From assembly GCA_010093705.1 (NCBI GenBank), contig MU006090.1, positions 2,286,022 to 2,312,931 of the forward strand: 26,910 nucleotides of DNA, in the 5' to 3' direction. Every line of letters begins with the position of its first letter. Position 1 is the first letter of the stretch. Below the pieces are notes generated by a model, which saw only the letters and a list, made by a program, of their open reading frames with translations, had not been told where the DNA came from and searched no databases. This document shows positions 1 through 12,478 of this stretch, one piece after another. Made by a program: the position numbers and the translations under genes. The stretch is from Patellaria atrata CBS 101060. Its lineage: Eukaryota.

Positions 1-2
1 TT

Positions 3-3000
3 AAATCACGGAACTTAGAGACAAGAGCGATCGGATTACACATGGATCTCTTCGGTGATGGGAACGAGAGCCAGCAGAAAGGACTACAGCATCTTATTGG
101 ACCCGAACAGCCGAAACTCATGCAAATTGTGCAAGTTCCAGGGAGTGCGATGGGATCACAGTACTATGTTGTTGTCTATTCGCCGTTGAAGCATCAATTT
201 AAGTTCTGGCAGGTGACGGACGCCGATGACCCTATTTCTGGAATCACTGAACTTCAGCCTAATGTTTCTTTTGTGCCTCCAATGGACGAGCTCATGGATA
301 CAACTGTGTGGAATTTGGAAGAATTCCACCTCACTTTAAAACACTCGTTCATGGAAATGGAGTTGTGGATAAGGGTGCGATCAGGACCGAATTGTAGGAT
401 CTTCGGTCTCAGATTTGACCTCTCTGATACCGCAAAGTTGCTCAAATTGATTTGGAGGAACAACTGGCTCAGTGTTGACCAGGGAAATAACACCATAGAT
501 GCATTAGAAGCGCATCCTACTTATCCCGGCGAAACAGACCAATATAACTCGGAAATGCACAGACTTTCAGCATCTGAACTGTGGTTGGACTTTCTCTTTT
601 ATCCCGGACGATTTACCATAGCTACTTTGGAAACCTCTCTGGTTGTCTACCGAAGAAGCGTAGAGTCCGTCTTGAATGGTGCTCAGAGTAGCTCAGGCAA
701 TCTTCCGCTGAAAGAGAGGTTGGTCAACGCTATTCAAACCAAAGCTCAGGCAGGTCGGACACATACTGGAGAGATAGATCACGACCGCCTTGATCTGGAT
801 ATCTCATCACAATGGCATGTATACTATGGTATAGTAAGGGATCTGCACATACGACGCGCCGAGCCACTGGCTTTGGCCTATGACGAACAAGAAGAGCTCC
901 CTGTGGTTCTAGAAGCAGACTCCATCACTCTTGTCAGAACGTCTAGTGAAGTCGAACTTCTGGTTGACAATGTGGAGGAGCTCATCTCACAAGAAGAACT
1001 TCCAGCAAGCCATCCGCTAATCAGAGCTTTACAAGATAACTCATCAATAGACGTTGCGGCTTTATTCCATGCGGCGTCATGTTTTCGAAAGTCCCTACCT
1101 AAAGGGTTTGGATTTACTCTTTCTCAAGCTATTAATGCCGAGATACTGCAGAATCCCCTTTTCTCCATCTCTGAACGCATTCAAACTTTTGATGACAGAA
1201 GCAACCTATGCATTTCAGTCACAGATGACGATTTCAATAAACTCAGTACCGCTATTGACAATATGGGAGGCTTTCAATCCCTTGACAACGACATATTATT
1301 TGGTGCGATTATGCGGTTAGGTGCAAAACAGCAGGGTCGCCACCAGACTATAAACATTCCCGTAAGATTTGGCCGGACGGCGCTAATCTGCGGAGCACAG
1401 GAGACAGTAGAACTCAGCAGACAGGTTCTAAGGGACCTTCTTGTCCTTGTTGTATTTCTAGCTCTCGAGATAGAACCTGCGGAACTCTCGGCAGGATTTG
1501 ACGCTGCAGAGCTCTTCACCGAATTATTAGACGTTCTCAAAGGGTACGAAATGATCTGGTGGATGACTTCTCGTTCTCGGAGGGAGACTGCGGGACACAC
1601 ACTGCCCAAATTAGCGGTAGATGGAAAGACCGATACAGTGATGACTGTGGAGGACGTATCAGTAACGCAGACATTAGTCTCAACTTCCTCATCCTATTCT
1701 TCATCTCACCTTATAGGAACATTGACGATTGCCGAAGATCTTTTTCTGGGAGATTTCGACAACTTGATGACACCCTCAGACATGGCCTTTCCAGCTTTAT
1801 TGACCTATTGGATTCGTGCTTGGACTTTCCAACCGCTTTTGCATTCGCGTGAAGCTTTTGGACAATTAGTACTAGGAGATCTAATAAAGAACGAGAACTG
1901 GGATGCGGCAGAGCAATGGATATCCTATGCCGTTGATACGCCATGGACAACCTACTTGAGAGCTCGAGTAGATCTGGGAAGAGGAAGGTTGGAGTTGGCA
2001 GCAAGGAATTTCAGGAGAGCGGGTTTTGGGTTAGGTAAGCAATCCTTTAGGCGTGATTTTCGTATCCAAGATTGAACGTGAGCTGATAGCTATCTTAGCA
2101 ATAGGGTTCTTTGATTTGAATGACGCCGATATTCCTGGCTTGTTACATCCGGATGAGCACGTCCATTTCTCCGGTGGCATGGCCAGCTATTTTCAACATA
2201 TTATCGCTTTATTTGAACGTTTACGAGCACATGCTTACGTGATTGACTTTGCAAACATGGCTCTAGAGAATATTGGAAGTTATGGATCTGGTTCGCACGA
2301 AGAGGTATCAACCTTTCTAGTTCGCTAAACCCTTAGATGAATCTGCATGACTAATATAAGAATCCAGAACACCAAGACGGACCTGCTATCGCGCCTATTT
2401 ACCGCCTTGATATACACGGAGCGCTTTGAAGAAGCGTATGCGACTCTTTGCCGATTCACCAACTCCGCACTCCGCTACAGCTCACTCCGAACCTTAATCT
2501 CATCCATCTGTACTTCTCAGCTAGACTCATCTTTACTGCTTCGACTTCCCCTAGGTACCCTCCACCAAGATGTGGACGTCACACTTCTCTCGCTCGCTCG
2601 CAAAGCATCTAGTCCTATAGCGACCGGCCCCGATTACTATAAGATCCTTTATGCTTACCGGATCTCTCGCAACGACTTTCGGGGCGCGGCAAGCTGTCTG
2701 TGGGAGCGCTTAGGAGCTCTAAAAGCTAGTAAAGGCGGGGGTGCTATGGTCTTGTTGGATGAGAGCATCACTGACGGGTATATTCTGGTTATCAATACGC
2801 TTCGTTGTGTAGATCCTACACAAGCATGGATTCTTGCGGATCCACTCAGCGAAACACAGCAGCATACGACATTAGGAAGTGTAGCTAGAAAGATTGACTT
2901 GTCGCTGCTAGGCAAGGTGAAGAAGGAAGAGAGAAGGAAAGTGGTCACGCTAGAAGATGTGCAGAATGAGCTAGCCCGTCAGTTGGATCAGAGGAGTGGT

Positions 3001-3054
3001 GTTGAGAGAGGCAGGTTCGCGTTCGTCAGTGGAGAAGATGAGATGGTGGGTTGA
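3..3054 (+). CDS. NUP120: Nucleoporin Nup120/Nup160 family, 5'-partial. Exons <3-2034, 2099-2304 and 2368-3054.
   Basis: Three ORFs join in frame through introns 2035-2098 (GTAAGC..GCTGAT..TTAG, phase 1) and 2305-2367 (GTATCA..GACTAAT..CCAG, phase 0). Recalled Nup160-family segments include WLDFLFYPGRFTIATLETSL, YYKILYAYRISRNDFRGAA and RKVVTLEDV. The frame is open to the window edge, so the start probably lies upstream. Confidence 0.85.
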
Positions 3055-4466
3055 AAGAATAAGTTGAGTGAAGAATAGGCATATCAATGAACTCAGTAAG
3101 TAAAGATTTATGGAGAGTGCACCTAAAATGACTACATTTGATGACACCGCTCTGCTCTCCGCTTTACCGGTTTCACTCGACCGTGACGATTATCAATATA
3201 CGTTACCAACCTTTATCCCCTTCTAGGTTGATATGAAGAACGAAACGACGCGAGGATAATAGAAAACATCTGTTCACTTCTCTCCCTTAAAGTTCTTAGT
3301 GGGATACAGTAAATCTTTTTGTACTGTAAACTTATCAGTGCATTCTACAATCTGAGTGTCGTAATTTTTCAAGGTATACATGGTTCAGGCAATCGTACGC
3401 GCTTACAAAAGTTTATGTAGTCAGTTAGTTATGTACATCGATAGGAATTCGCTCAGGCGTTACTACTCGATAGACCTACGTACGTCCTAGTTCAACATAT
3501 GTAGTGAAGTCGGACGAATTGTCGAGCTACTGTAGAGCTATAGCAAGCTGGGAGTCGCTCATTGAGATACGCCTACTATAATTCTATATATTTGATAGTT
3601 GAGGATCTCCTTGTCCTCTTTCCATAGGAAGGTGTTATGAAGTGTTCAATGCAACCATTTCCTGCGGAGCAAGTCCAGTGTTCTTCAGCCCACTTTTCGA
3701 AACGTTTAAGTTGGCCGTTCGTGTGGTATCCCTTTCCTATCCTCGAGTTGCAGGAGGTGAACGCGCTCAAGGAGCGTACCTAAGTTAATATTAAATTCAA
3801 GTGGATCGTGATGTCACTTAGTTTTAATACTATCAATACGCTGACATGAAGCTGAGGTGGACGCAAAATTGGAAGGACAAAAGAAGCAAGAATGTCGGAG
3901 TGGGCTAAATGGTTAATCGAAAAACTGATTATAGTGTACTGTATTCCATTCGCTTATTGCACTCCATGTATTGATCCCGTAATAAAACTTAATGTTGATT
4001 AATCTCCTTGATCATGTATTTCAAAATGTTTGCATGGTATGTATAGAGCTAAGTTAGCGCACGGATTCAGTCATTTATATGTGATTTCTGTTAGATCTGC
4101 ACCCATCTCCTGTATACTTGCTCTAAACATATGAGCACTGTCGCAACTTGGAGATAACAATGATTGAGTATACTGTTCTAGCATATCATTGTTGATGTCT
4201 TTTTGTACAGAATTGTTTGGCTCATACGTGAAAGGAGAACGGAGAACTTCAAGAGCACCCCAACAATAAACCAAGAAGGAATACGGGCTAGGGACTTGTA
4301 TAGCTTGTAGTCACTTGTACAATAAGTACGTTACGTTCAACGAAACAAAACGAAGCATAGAAACGGAAACTTGTAATCAATCACCATTGCCGCAACCTAA
4401 CGACGAAGATGGAACTCTTTCGTACATACAATTCATGGTCACACGCAATAGCGACGTGTTGTTATA

Positions 4467-5417
4467 TTAGGCCATAAAGGTCCTCCTAAAAACCGTCCCA
4501 TTTCCTCCTCCTGGCCTAGAGAAGCAGTCGCCCGTTGTACATCTTAGATCGAACCAGGCCATAACGATGCTCTCTTGATTTGGGATATTGTGCGGGACAC
4601 CCGCGGCACTATACGCTTGGAATCTGTCCTCCCCGTACACATACTTGGTCCATCCCTGTAAAGGTGTGTTCTGGGTGGTGGAAGTTGGGAGTTCACTTAA
4701 CCCGAGAACGGCGGTCCACTGTTTCACAGCTTCTTTGTAGTTGGTGTAATTGATAATTTCGTCGCGGGTACCATGGAGAATCTGCATTTTAGGTCTCCAA
4801 CCAGTGTATGAAGGATAAGCTGTCTTAACCATTGCAGCCCAATCCTCCCTAGACTTCGTGATCCTTCCCTCGGCACAGTCGGCGTTCCAATAGTTGAAAC
4901 TGGGTCCTGAGTAGCATCCGAAAGGAACACCGGCGAAGGCGCTACCGGCGGCAAATACGTCAGGATATGCTCCGATCAGGACATTCGTCATCATCGCCCC
5001 TGAACTGATGCCTGAGACAAAAACGCGGTTCGGGTCACCGTTGTATTTATCGAGCGTATACCGGACCATGCTGACGATGCCCAAGGAGTCACCACCTCCA
5101 TTATGTGTGAGGGTTTGCTTCGAGGATACATCCCAACATTTATCTTCTTGATTAGGCGAATCGGGATAAATCACGATGAAGCCATAGGTGTTTGCCAAAT
5201 TCGAATATTGGGAGCCTGAATATGCGGCTTGAGCAGAACCGTGACACCAGTGAGGAAACAGGAGGATTGGAGGCTTCATTGCTAATTTATCAGGAACGTA
5301 TATATACATAGAGACATTAGTAGGATTTTCTCCGAAGTTTGTCACTTGTCGCAGCGAGGCAGCAATTGCGACAGCAGATAGCGTTGCAACCAAAAGAATT
5401 ATTGCACGAACGAACAT
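4467..5417 (-). CDS. Secreted acetylxylan esterase (CE1, PHB-depolymerase-like esterase family), intronless
   Basis: Hydrophobic signal peptide, AXE1-like N-terminus SLRQVTNFGENPTNVSMYIYVPD, nucleophile elbow GISSG (VSGISSGAMMTN), HGTRD acid motif and C-terminal His (GVPH). Confidence 0.92.
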   Translation of the reverse strand: MFVRAIILLVATLSAVAIAASLRQVTNFGENPTNVSMYIYVPDKLAMKPPILLFPHWCHGSAQAAYSGSQYSNLANTYGFIVIYPDSPNQEDKCWDVSSKQTLTHNGGGDSLGIVSMVRYTLDKYNGDPNRVFVSGISSGAMMTNVLIGAYPDVFAAGSAFAGVPFGCYSGPSFNYWNADCAEGRITKSREDWAAMVKTAYPSYTGWRPKMQILHGTRDEIINYTNYKEAVKQWTAVLGLSELPTSTTQNTPLQGWTKYVYGEDRFQAYSAAGVPHNIPNQESIVMAWFDLRCTTGDCFSRPGGGNGTVFRRTFMA

Positions 5418-5496
5418 GATGCCAGAGGTGGTAGATCCGAATGTTGATCAAAGAAAATGAAAGAGAGGAACTGACCAAAGAGAAGCTAAACAAATC

Positions 5497-5505
5497 TTAT
5501 ATATA
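5497..5505 (-). promoter_or_regulatory. Putative TATA box of the esterase gene
   Basis: TATATATAA on the minus strand about 80 nt upstream of the ATG at 5417, followed by pyrimidine-rich sequence. Confidence 0.45.
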
Positions 5506-6203
5506 CTTACTGACCTACTCTGGATTCTGTTAATAGACATTATAAATGCAACAACAAAAGTACGGAGCACACACTCCGTATATTTAAATAAGTTTCAAAG
5601 CATGTAAATCGCTAGCTAAAAGGATAAAGGGGAAGACTTTGATCAATCCCTGGGTTTTAAATATCGGTATAGATTAATTATACCGGCCCGCTCCTCCCAG
5701 AGAGTTTGATTTTGACTTTTGAGAATTTCATCCATTACTCCATGGAATAAGTAAATGGACAGCTTTGAATGACCGAGAATCTATATAGAATATACGGTGG
5801 AATACAAAGGCAAGTCTCTGAACTTGTACAGGATCTAAATCCCTTTCATTGTGCTATGTGAGAAAGATCAATTTATCGAAGAGGAAGAGAGGAAGATGGA
5901 ATGGAGAGATTCAAACACAGTGTTCGAGTTTTGGACTTCATGTGCGCTTTCGATATCAATTGGAGAATCAGAAACAACTTGTAGTAGGGGACAGTGAGTA
6001 CAAGGTTTCAAGAGGGAAGTACCGTATATGGGTTTACATTTGGTGATGAGAAAAATTGACCATCACGTGTTCGCTTGGGCGTACATTCCTTCCGCTCCTC
6101 CGGGCTACCGTAGCCAAAAAAGATGATCATTTCGAACTCTGACTCAACTACATCCGTATAACGTGCGTTTACACTCACAGCTGCTGCTCTTGTCATAGGA
6201 AAA

Positions 6204-7566
6204 ATGTCTGTGGATGTACCACGCGTGATGGTCTCTATCACACCCCTCCTCAAACGGCTGTGGCCTTCTCCAGCATCTGAAAATGTCACGGCTAGCGAAA
6301 TTGCTTTGGCAATCTCCCATATCTTTAGCAATAGCTTGTCCCCTGTCCAAACTGGAGCTTTACTGACAGCACTTCACTTTACGGGTTGGGATAGTCGAGC
6401 TGAGGTGATCGCGAAATGTGCAGAGGTAATGCGAGAAGCTGCCGCACCGGTGGACGTAAATACATTGAACCAGATTGCGAACAAGAAAGGCCGAAAAGAA
6501 GGTAACTATGGAGGTGGATTGGTATGGTATGCGTGTTCGCTAGCTGGCTGTGCCACAAGGCTGACGTATACTCTCTGGTATGAAGTGTGATATTGTAGGC
6601 ACAGGTGGTGATTCCCACAGCACGTTCAACATCAGTACCACTTCCTCAATCATCGCATCGTCATTATTGCTGCTCAGCAAGCATGGCAACAGAGCTTCAA
6701 CGTCAAAGTCAGGTTCTGCTGACCTCCTATCCTCAACCACTCCCAGATCACCAGTGATAACATCCGTAACACCGCAAACCATCAATGAAGTCTACAAAGC
6801 GACAAACTACGCTTTTCTCTTCGCGCCTGTATTCCATCCAGGCATGAAATACGTCGCGCCAATACGCAAGGAACTGGGCTGGCGTACGATATTCAATCTT
6901 CTCGGCCCTCTCACTAATCCAGTCGAAGGTGCTATCGAAGCTCGTGTAATAGGAGTAGCTCGTCGCGATCTTGCACCCGTCTTCGCCAATGCGCTTCGGC
7001 TGACTGGAGTCAAGAAGGCCATGGTAATATGTGGCGAAGAAGAATTAGACGAGTTAAGCTGCGCGGGCAGGTCTTTCTGCTATCAACTTGTCGAGAAAAC
7101 GAACCCGACCAGAACGGCGCGCAGATCTGGACCGGACGAAAATGAGCAGGAGGCTGACGATTCTGATTCGGAGTCAGGAAACATCGTTGAAATAAACGCC
7201 TTCAGCCTTACCCCAGAAGACTTTGGTTTGCCTGCACACCCGCTTAGTGAAGTTAGTCCAGGGAAAGAGCCGCGTGAAAATGCAGCCATACTAATGCGAA
7301 TTCTACGCGGAGAGATGGCAGCTGATGATCCCATTTTACATTTCGTTCTTATGAATACGGCTGCATTATTTGTTGTTTCCGGCATTTGTGAGTCCGACAC
7401 AAGCGACATGGGTCCTGGAGATGATGGAAAGGTAGTCAAGGAGCGCGGACCTGGAGGTGGAAGATGGAAAGAAGGGGTGAGAAGAGCAAGATGGGCTGTC
7501 GATCATGGTGCAGCACTGAAGGAATGGGAAGCTTTTGTTGACATTACGAATAACTTGGTCCAATGA
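6204..7566 (+). CDS. TRP4: Anthranilate phosphoribosyltransferase. Exons 6204-6521 and 6586-7566.
   Basis: Intron 6522-6585 (GTATGG..GCTGAC..AAG) restores GGGL-CDIVGTGGDSHSTFNIST. Family motifs KHGNRASTSKSGSAD, RTIFNLLGPL and LDELS are present. Confidence 0.95.
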
Positions 7567-8338
7567 AAGTATTTTGCTATGGTGCCTGTTGACGGTACAC
7601 ATGCAGCATACCTCAGAGCTCTGACGTTCGTTTATCATTGACAGCATACGAAAACCAGATGCTGCTGAATTCGGAAGTTGAATGCTTTTATTATCTAGTA
7701 ACCAGCAAATTCTGTGCCACGCTGGGATGATTCAAAGACAATAAAAATTCTTTTGGCTTGCCATCTCTCAAGCTGTAATTTTCAGTCCGGATTTGGGTCC
7801 ATTTACTTTTCTTTTGTCACGGTTTGCATCCATCCGTTTCTTTGCGCTGTGCGCAACACACCGGATTACTGGATTCAGCTCCGCTGTGGATATTACCAGT
7901 CTGAAGAGTAGGTGTCGAAAATTCTTCTTATGCAGGCGTACGGCTAATCAAGCCTGAAGGGAGACATAGGTTTTTCTCTTCACAACGACTTCAATGGCCT
8001 GATAAGGAAACTGGAACCCCCTAGTAAGGCTGTAATACCCGTAAAGATAATAAGGGAGCCGAATCCAGAACCGTAGGCCCAACTTGCAGAGTCTCGCCAC
8101 GGAAATCTATCAACGAGTGCTTCGCTAAGGGGTCCACTTACCACATTGCCGATCCCCTTCCAGCAGCGAGAAATGCGAATACCATACCGACATCAGCGAA
8201 GTGATCCTGCTTTTGAGTTTCTGTTAGATTTTGGGACTGTGCAAATTAGAAGAGAGATGTCGCTTTATTCTCTAAAACTAGTTTCCTAGATACAGTATTT
8301 ATACTTCAACAGAATTGCCACTTATATCACTCTTTAGA

Positions 8339-8607
8339 TGTTAGATAAACTAGATCTGCAGGTGCACTGAATATATCGCTTGATTTGCAACTACTGAGAG
8401 AGATACGGACTATATACTGAACAGTTGACAATGATACTGGGTCAGAAAGAGAACAGATAAAACACCACAGATCCGTGCTCTTCTCAGAGATCTGTTTTAA
8501 TACGGTTTGACGCTCTGTCTCAAGCTACCGTTCTATACCATTGTTTTCACCACTGTTTTGAACTAGTAAGCATCCATTTACCCGGTAGCGAGCCTCACCA
8601 TCTAACA
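8339..8607 (+). mobile_element. Putative solo LTR of a short (~270-285 bp) TGTTAGAT...ATCTAACA family
   Basis: 8-bp inverted termini. The first ~45 nt match 11776 onward and the reverse complement of the element ending at 14865. The last 24 nt match the reverse complement of 14974-14997. No TSD (TTAGA vs CCGGC). Confidence 0.65.
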
Positions 8608-8649
8608 CCGGCGGTAGGACCAATACTCCAACAGCTCCACCATCTAACA
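8608..8649 (+). repeat. Terminal fragment of a second short-LTR variant
   Basis: CGGTAGGACCAATACTCCAACAGCTCCACCATCTAACA is nearly identical to the reverse complement of 14582-14619. Confidence 0.7.
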
Positions 8650-9126
8650 GAACTAGATAAGTCTAGAAACGCGCCTGGCTTCTCACTTAACGTGGTCAAC
8701 CACTAGGGTAGGTTTTGCAAAGTGATAGGATACGTATAACAAAGGCACTTCAAGTTGACGATACAACTTGCTGACTCCTTGACTTCGGGTAATGCTCAAA
8801 ATGAGACAAGACGTACTGTATGGAAACAGCGTAACAAGTGAAGTCAAGTTCAAAACCGTAACATCCAAATCTATGGGTAAGATTGATGGTAAGAATAACT
8901 ATGAAGAATCTAAATACATGAGGGAAAGACCGTCCTTAAATATTCCTCTTCCTTCGTGGTTCAATTTGGTGGTCGTTTGGTCGCATGGTCGTCTCCTACG
9001 ACCGAACGTCCAAACGTCCATGTTACGTGACCCTGCTCACTTGAGTCACCCGCAGTTTCCCCGAGTGGTCCCTCTTTCTTCCCCTCACTCGATAACTGCA
9101 TGTCCTTACAACTTGTGGCCGTAACA
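8650..9126 (-). mobile_element. Solo LTR of the Ty3/gypsy family (U3 type A), missing ~30 nt of its 3' end
   Basis: The reverse complement starts TGTTACGGCCACAAGTTGTAAG, like the LTR at 23152. R-U5 is nearly identical to the other copies. The 3' end is replaced by the short-LTR terminus. Confidence 0.92.
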
Positions 9127-9348
9127 GTGTGCCTGATAAATATAACCGGCTTTTTCGGTACTAGACCACGGAGGCTAGGCCCGTTTAACGCCTTCGCGTA
9201 CACTGCCTCGACAGCTGATTTCATAGCCCACCCCTAGCCATTATAATACATCAACCGCTTCTATTATCCCTCGCAATTCGTAGTTACTATCTTTGCACCG
9301 AGCCGTTTAGTTCTCCTGCTATCCCATGCTAGAACCAATGTTATAGCG

Positions 9349-11516
9349 ATGCGACTTCTTCACTTTCATCATTCTGGAGGACTAATCTTGACGGACTTCG
9401 GCAGGAAGAGCATTCCGCCATATGCTATTCTTTCAATAGATGGCGAGATGACGAGGTTTTCTTCGAAGATCTAGGAAGCGACACCTATAAAGAGAAGGGT
9501 GGTTTTCAAAAGATTGAGTTCTGCGCTAAACAGGCGGCCCAGGATCAGCTACAGTACTTCTGGGTCGACACATGTTGCATTGATAAATGAAACCTCCGTG
9601 AGCGCTCGAAAGCGATTAACTCGATGTTTCATTGGTATAGAAATGCAACAAAATGCTACGTATACCTATCGGATGTCTCGGTATCTACTACGAAGGAGAT
9701 ACCCCAACAAAGTACCTGGGAGGCATCCTTCCGGAAAAGCGAATGGTTTACTCGAGGCTGGACACTTCAAGAACTTATTGCTCCAGTATCAGTCGAGTTC
9801 TTTTCCAATGAAGGACGGCGGATAGGCGATAAAATATCTCTTAAACAGCTGGTATGTGATATTACTAGCGTTCCACTTAAAGCGATATCGGGTTGTCCCT
9901 TAGACGAATTCACTATATCCGAGCGAATGGAATGGGCCAAAAATCGCAAAACAACTGAAAAAGAAGATAATATATACTGCCTTCTTGGAATTCTCGATAT
10001 CTCCATGCAAACCTCCTATGGCGAAGGAAAGGAGAAAGCATTGAGAAGACTCCAGATAGAAGTGGAAGCAGCTACTAGCGCACCATCTATCATTCCATTT
10101 TCCCGAAACGATCATTTCGTGGGTCGAGAGTCACAGCTTGCGGAACTGGAAGCAAATCTCCTCAGAGACAAGCAAGCTACAATATTAGCGATAGTAGGAC
10201 CCGAAGGAGTAGGTAAATCACAGTTAGCACTCGAGCTTGCGTATAAAATAAGAGAAACAAATAAGAATTACTCCATTTTCTGGATTGATGCAAGCGATAT
10301 AGATCGTCTCTATCAATCGTACGTAAGTATTGCCCAAAAGCTCGATATTCCTGGCTGGGACGATGAGAATGCAGACATTAAGCAGTTGGTGAAATTTCAA
10401 CTAAGTAGAAAGGGTGCAAGGCAGTGTTTACTAATTTTTGATAACACGGAGGATATAATCCTAGGGTCCAGCGGGTTCTCCACGGCACGAGCTACAAACT
10501 TAATAGACTACCTCCCACGGTCGGAACTATGTTCTATCATCTTCATAACAATTAACAGTGACACAGCCAAGAATTTATCACCGCTAAATGTTGTAGAGCT
10601 AAGGGAAATGACACTAGATACTGCCTAAAGGATGTTAGAAAACTATTTAAATACTCCGGTTTCAAGAAGTGAGCAGCAGGAGGCGAAATTATTACTATAA
10701 GAGCTATTATATCTCCCCCTAGGAATTGTCCAAGCAGCAGCCTATATTAATACTAGAAATACCACGTTACAGGAATACCGATCACAATTAGTCAAGCGAA
10801 AGAAAGAAGCTCTCGAGCGTGATAGCGAATTGTCTAAGGACAAGCTACAAGAGTACGGTATCAAAAGTTCTATAGCTACCACACTACTTATCTCCATGGA
10901 CCAGATCCGCCGTAGCGATACGCTAGCAGCAGACTACCTTTTTCTTGCCACCTGCGTAGACCGAAAAGAAATCCCGCTGGGTTTTCTAGAAGCATCGTTG
11001 CCTCGTGAAAGGGAAGATGTAATAAAAGTTCTCAGTAGCTACGCGCTTATTATAAGGCGGCCTGCTGAATCCGCACTCGATCTTCATCAACTGGTGCATC
11101 GCACTCTACGGGAGTGGCTTCGAAAGCAGGAGAAGCTAGACCAATGGACCCGAAATGCTATCAAACAGCTACTCAGGGTGTTCCCAGACCTTAATCATGG
11201 TAATAGAAGTAAGTGGAGACGATTACTTCCGCATGTTAAATACGCTTTATCACATAGTCTCGTTGAACAAGAGATCGGGAATAGATCAACCTTGGCATGG
11301 AAGTATGCTATAACGCTATATAGTGATGGACGGTACAACGAGTCTGAAGAGTTATTGTGCAAGCAATGGCGATGAGGAAGAGGGTGCTTGGGGAGGAGCA
11401 TCCAGACACGCTGACCAGCATGGCCAACCTGGCGTCGACATACAGGAATCAGGGGCGGTGGAAGGAAGCTGAAAAGCTGGACGTGGAAGTGATGGAGACG
11501 AGGAAGAGGGTGCTTG
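9349..11516 (+). pseudogene. NLR-like HET + NB-ARC + TPR gene, disrupted and 3'-truncated
   Basis: ATG at 9349 gives MRLL..PPYAILS(H)RW with a 1-nt deletion near 9436. Other motifs: FWVDTCCIDK followed by TGA at 9588, AINSMFHWY, WFTRGWTLQELIAP, P-loop GPEGVGKS and LLIFDN. TAA stops at 10626 and 10698. After a frameshift near 11355 there is a TPR (VLGEEHPDTLTSMANLASTYRNQGRWKEAEKL), and homology ends near 11516. Confidence 0.92.
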
Positions 11517-11775
11517 AAGCGCTATGAAGAAGCGTTACCGGGTGAAGCATGGTTAGGTCAACAAACAAGGACGAGCTGGTTCCTTAGTGCAGCGGCGGAA
11601 GGCACACAGTTCCAGTCAACTATAGTAAAAGGATATGCCATGCCAGAGGTTGTTCAAGACCGGACGCAGGTAGAGTATTTTATTAGACGGCTAAATCCCG
11701 ACAGTCTTATTTTGTATCTAATTTAGTTAGTATCTATCACTAAAAATCCTAGTAAAAAGGATAAATAGGTATATC

Positions 11776-12089
11776 TGTTGGATAAACGTGATCTGCAGGT
11801 GCACTGAATATATCGCTTGATTCTCAAAAGAGTTGTTCTATCAAACTGTCATATACTGCAGGTGTGTACCAAAACGGACGAAACCGTATGAAATCTATGT
11901 CTTAGAAAACACCAAATATGGATATCAACAGTAAGTACTAAAAGATAACGTTACCGTTATCTTGTAGTTCTTACTGTTGGTACTATTTTCGTTATTTTCT
12001 AAGACACAGATCTCATACTGTTCCGTCCTTTTTATTGCACACTTGCAGTATATAACAGCTAGATAGAACCACTCTTTAGAGAATCAAGC
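11776..12089. repeat. Foldback (imperfect palindrome) formed from two inverted partial copies of the short LTR family
   Basis: 11815-11950 is the imperfect reverse complement of 11955-12089 around a 4-nt loop. Both arms match about 14694-14826. Confidence 0.85.
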
Positions 12090-12478
12090 ACATGCATCTT
12101 TTCAGCTACCGCAGCAATCCGACATGCTTTGACCCTTCCCGCAATCTCGGCACGATATTTCCAGAAAGTAAATAAGAGAATCTACTGTACTCTCTTTCGC
12201 AGGGCCCTCCAACGGATGGCCCCCAGCCAGTCCCGACTGGCACGACTTGGCAACCAAAACCCAGACGACAACTGTAGCTGAACAGTGCTTCGCCCTGCAG
12301 CAGAGAGCTCACAACAGCCCCATAACCAGGGCATATTTGGTCCTCACCTGTATACTTATACAAAGAGGTCGATTAGCAATATCATTTTTGGGCCTCATTC
12401 TGTCAAAGTCCGATTGTCTAGCGTCATCTCCACCTTTTTCAAGCTCCTTACAACAGATTTTCGAAAGCGAGCACAGTC

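Noticed and set aside
3055..4466. Short ORFs between the nucleoporin and the esterase
   Set aside because: They are under 70 aa with no motifs, in AT-rich convergent intergenic DNA.
8683..9124. Recurrent ORFs MDVTVLNLTS... and MRQDVLYGNSVT... (also near 16.5-16.8, 23.3-23.6 and 26.4 kb)
   Set aside because: They recur because they lie in LTR copies. They have no domain or consistent start.
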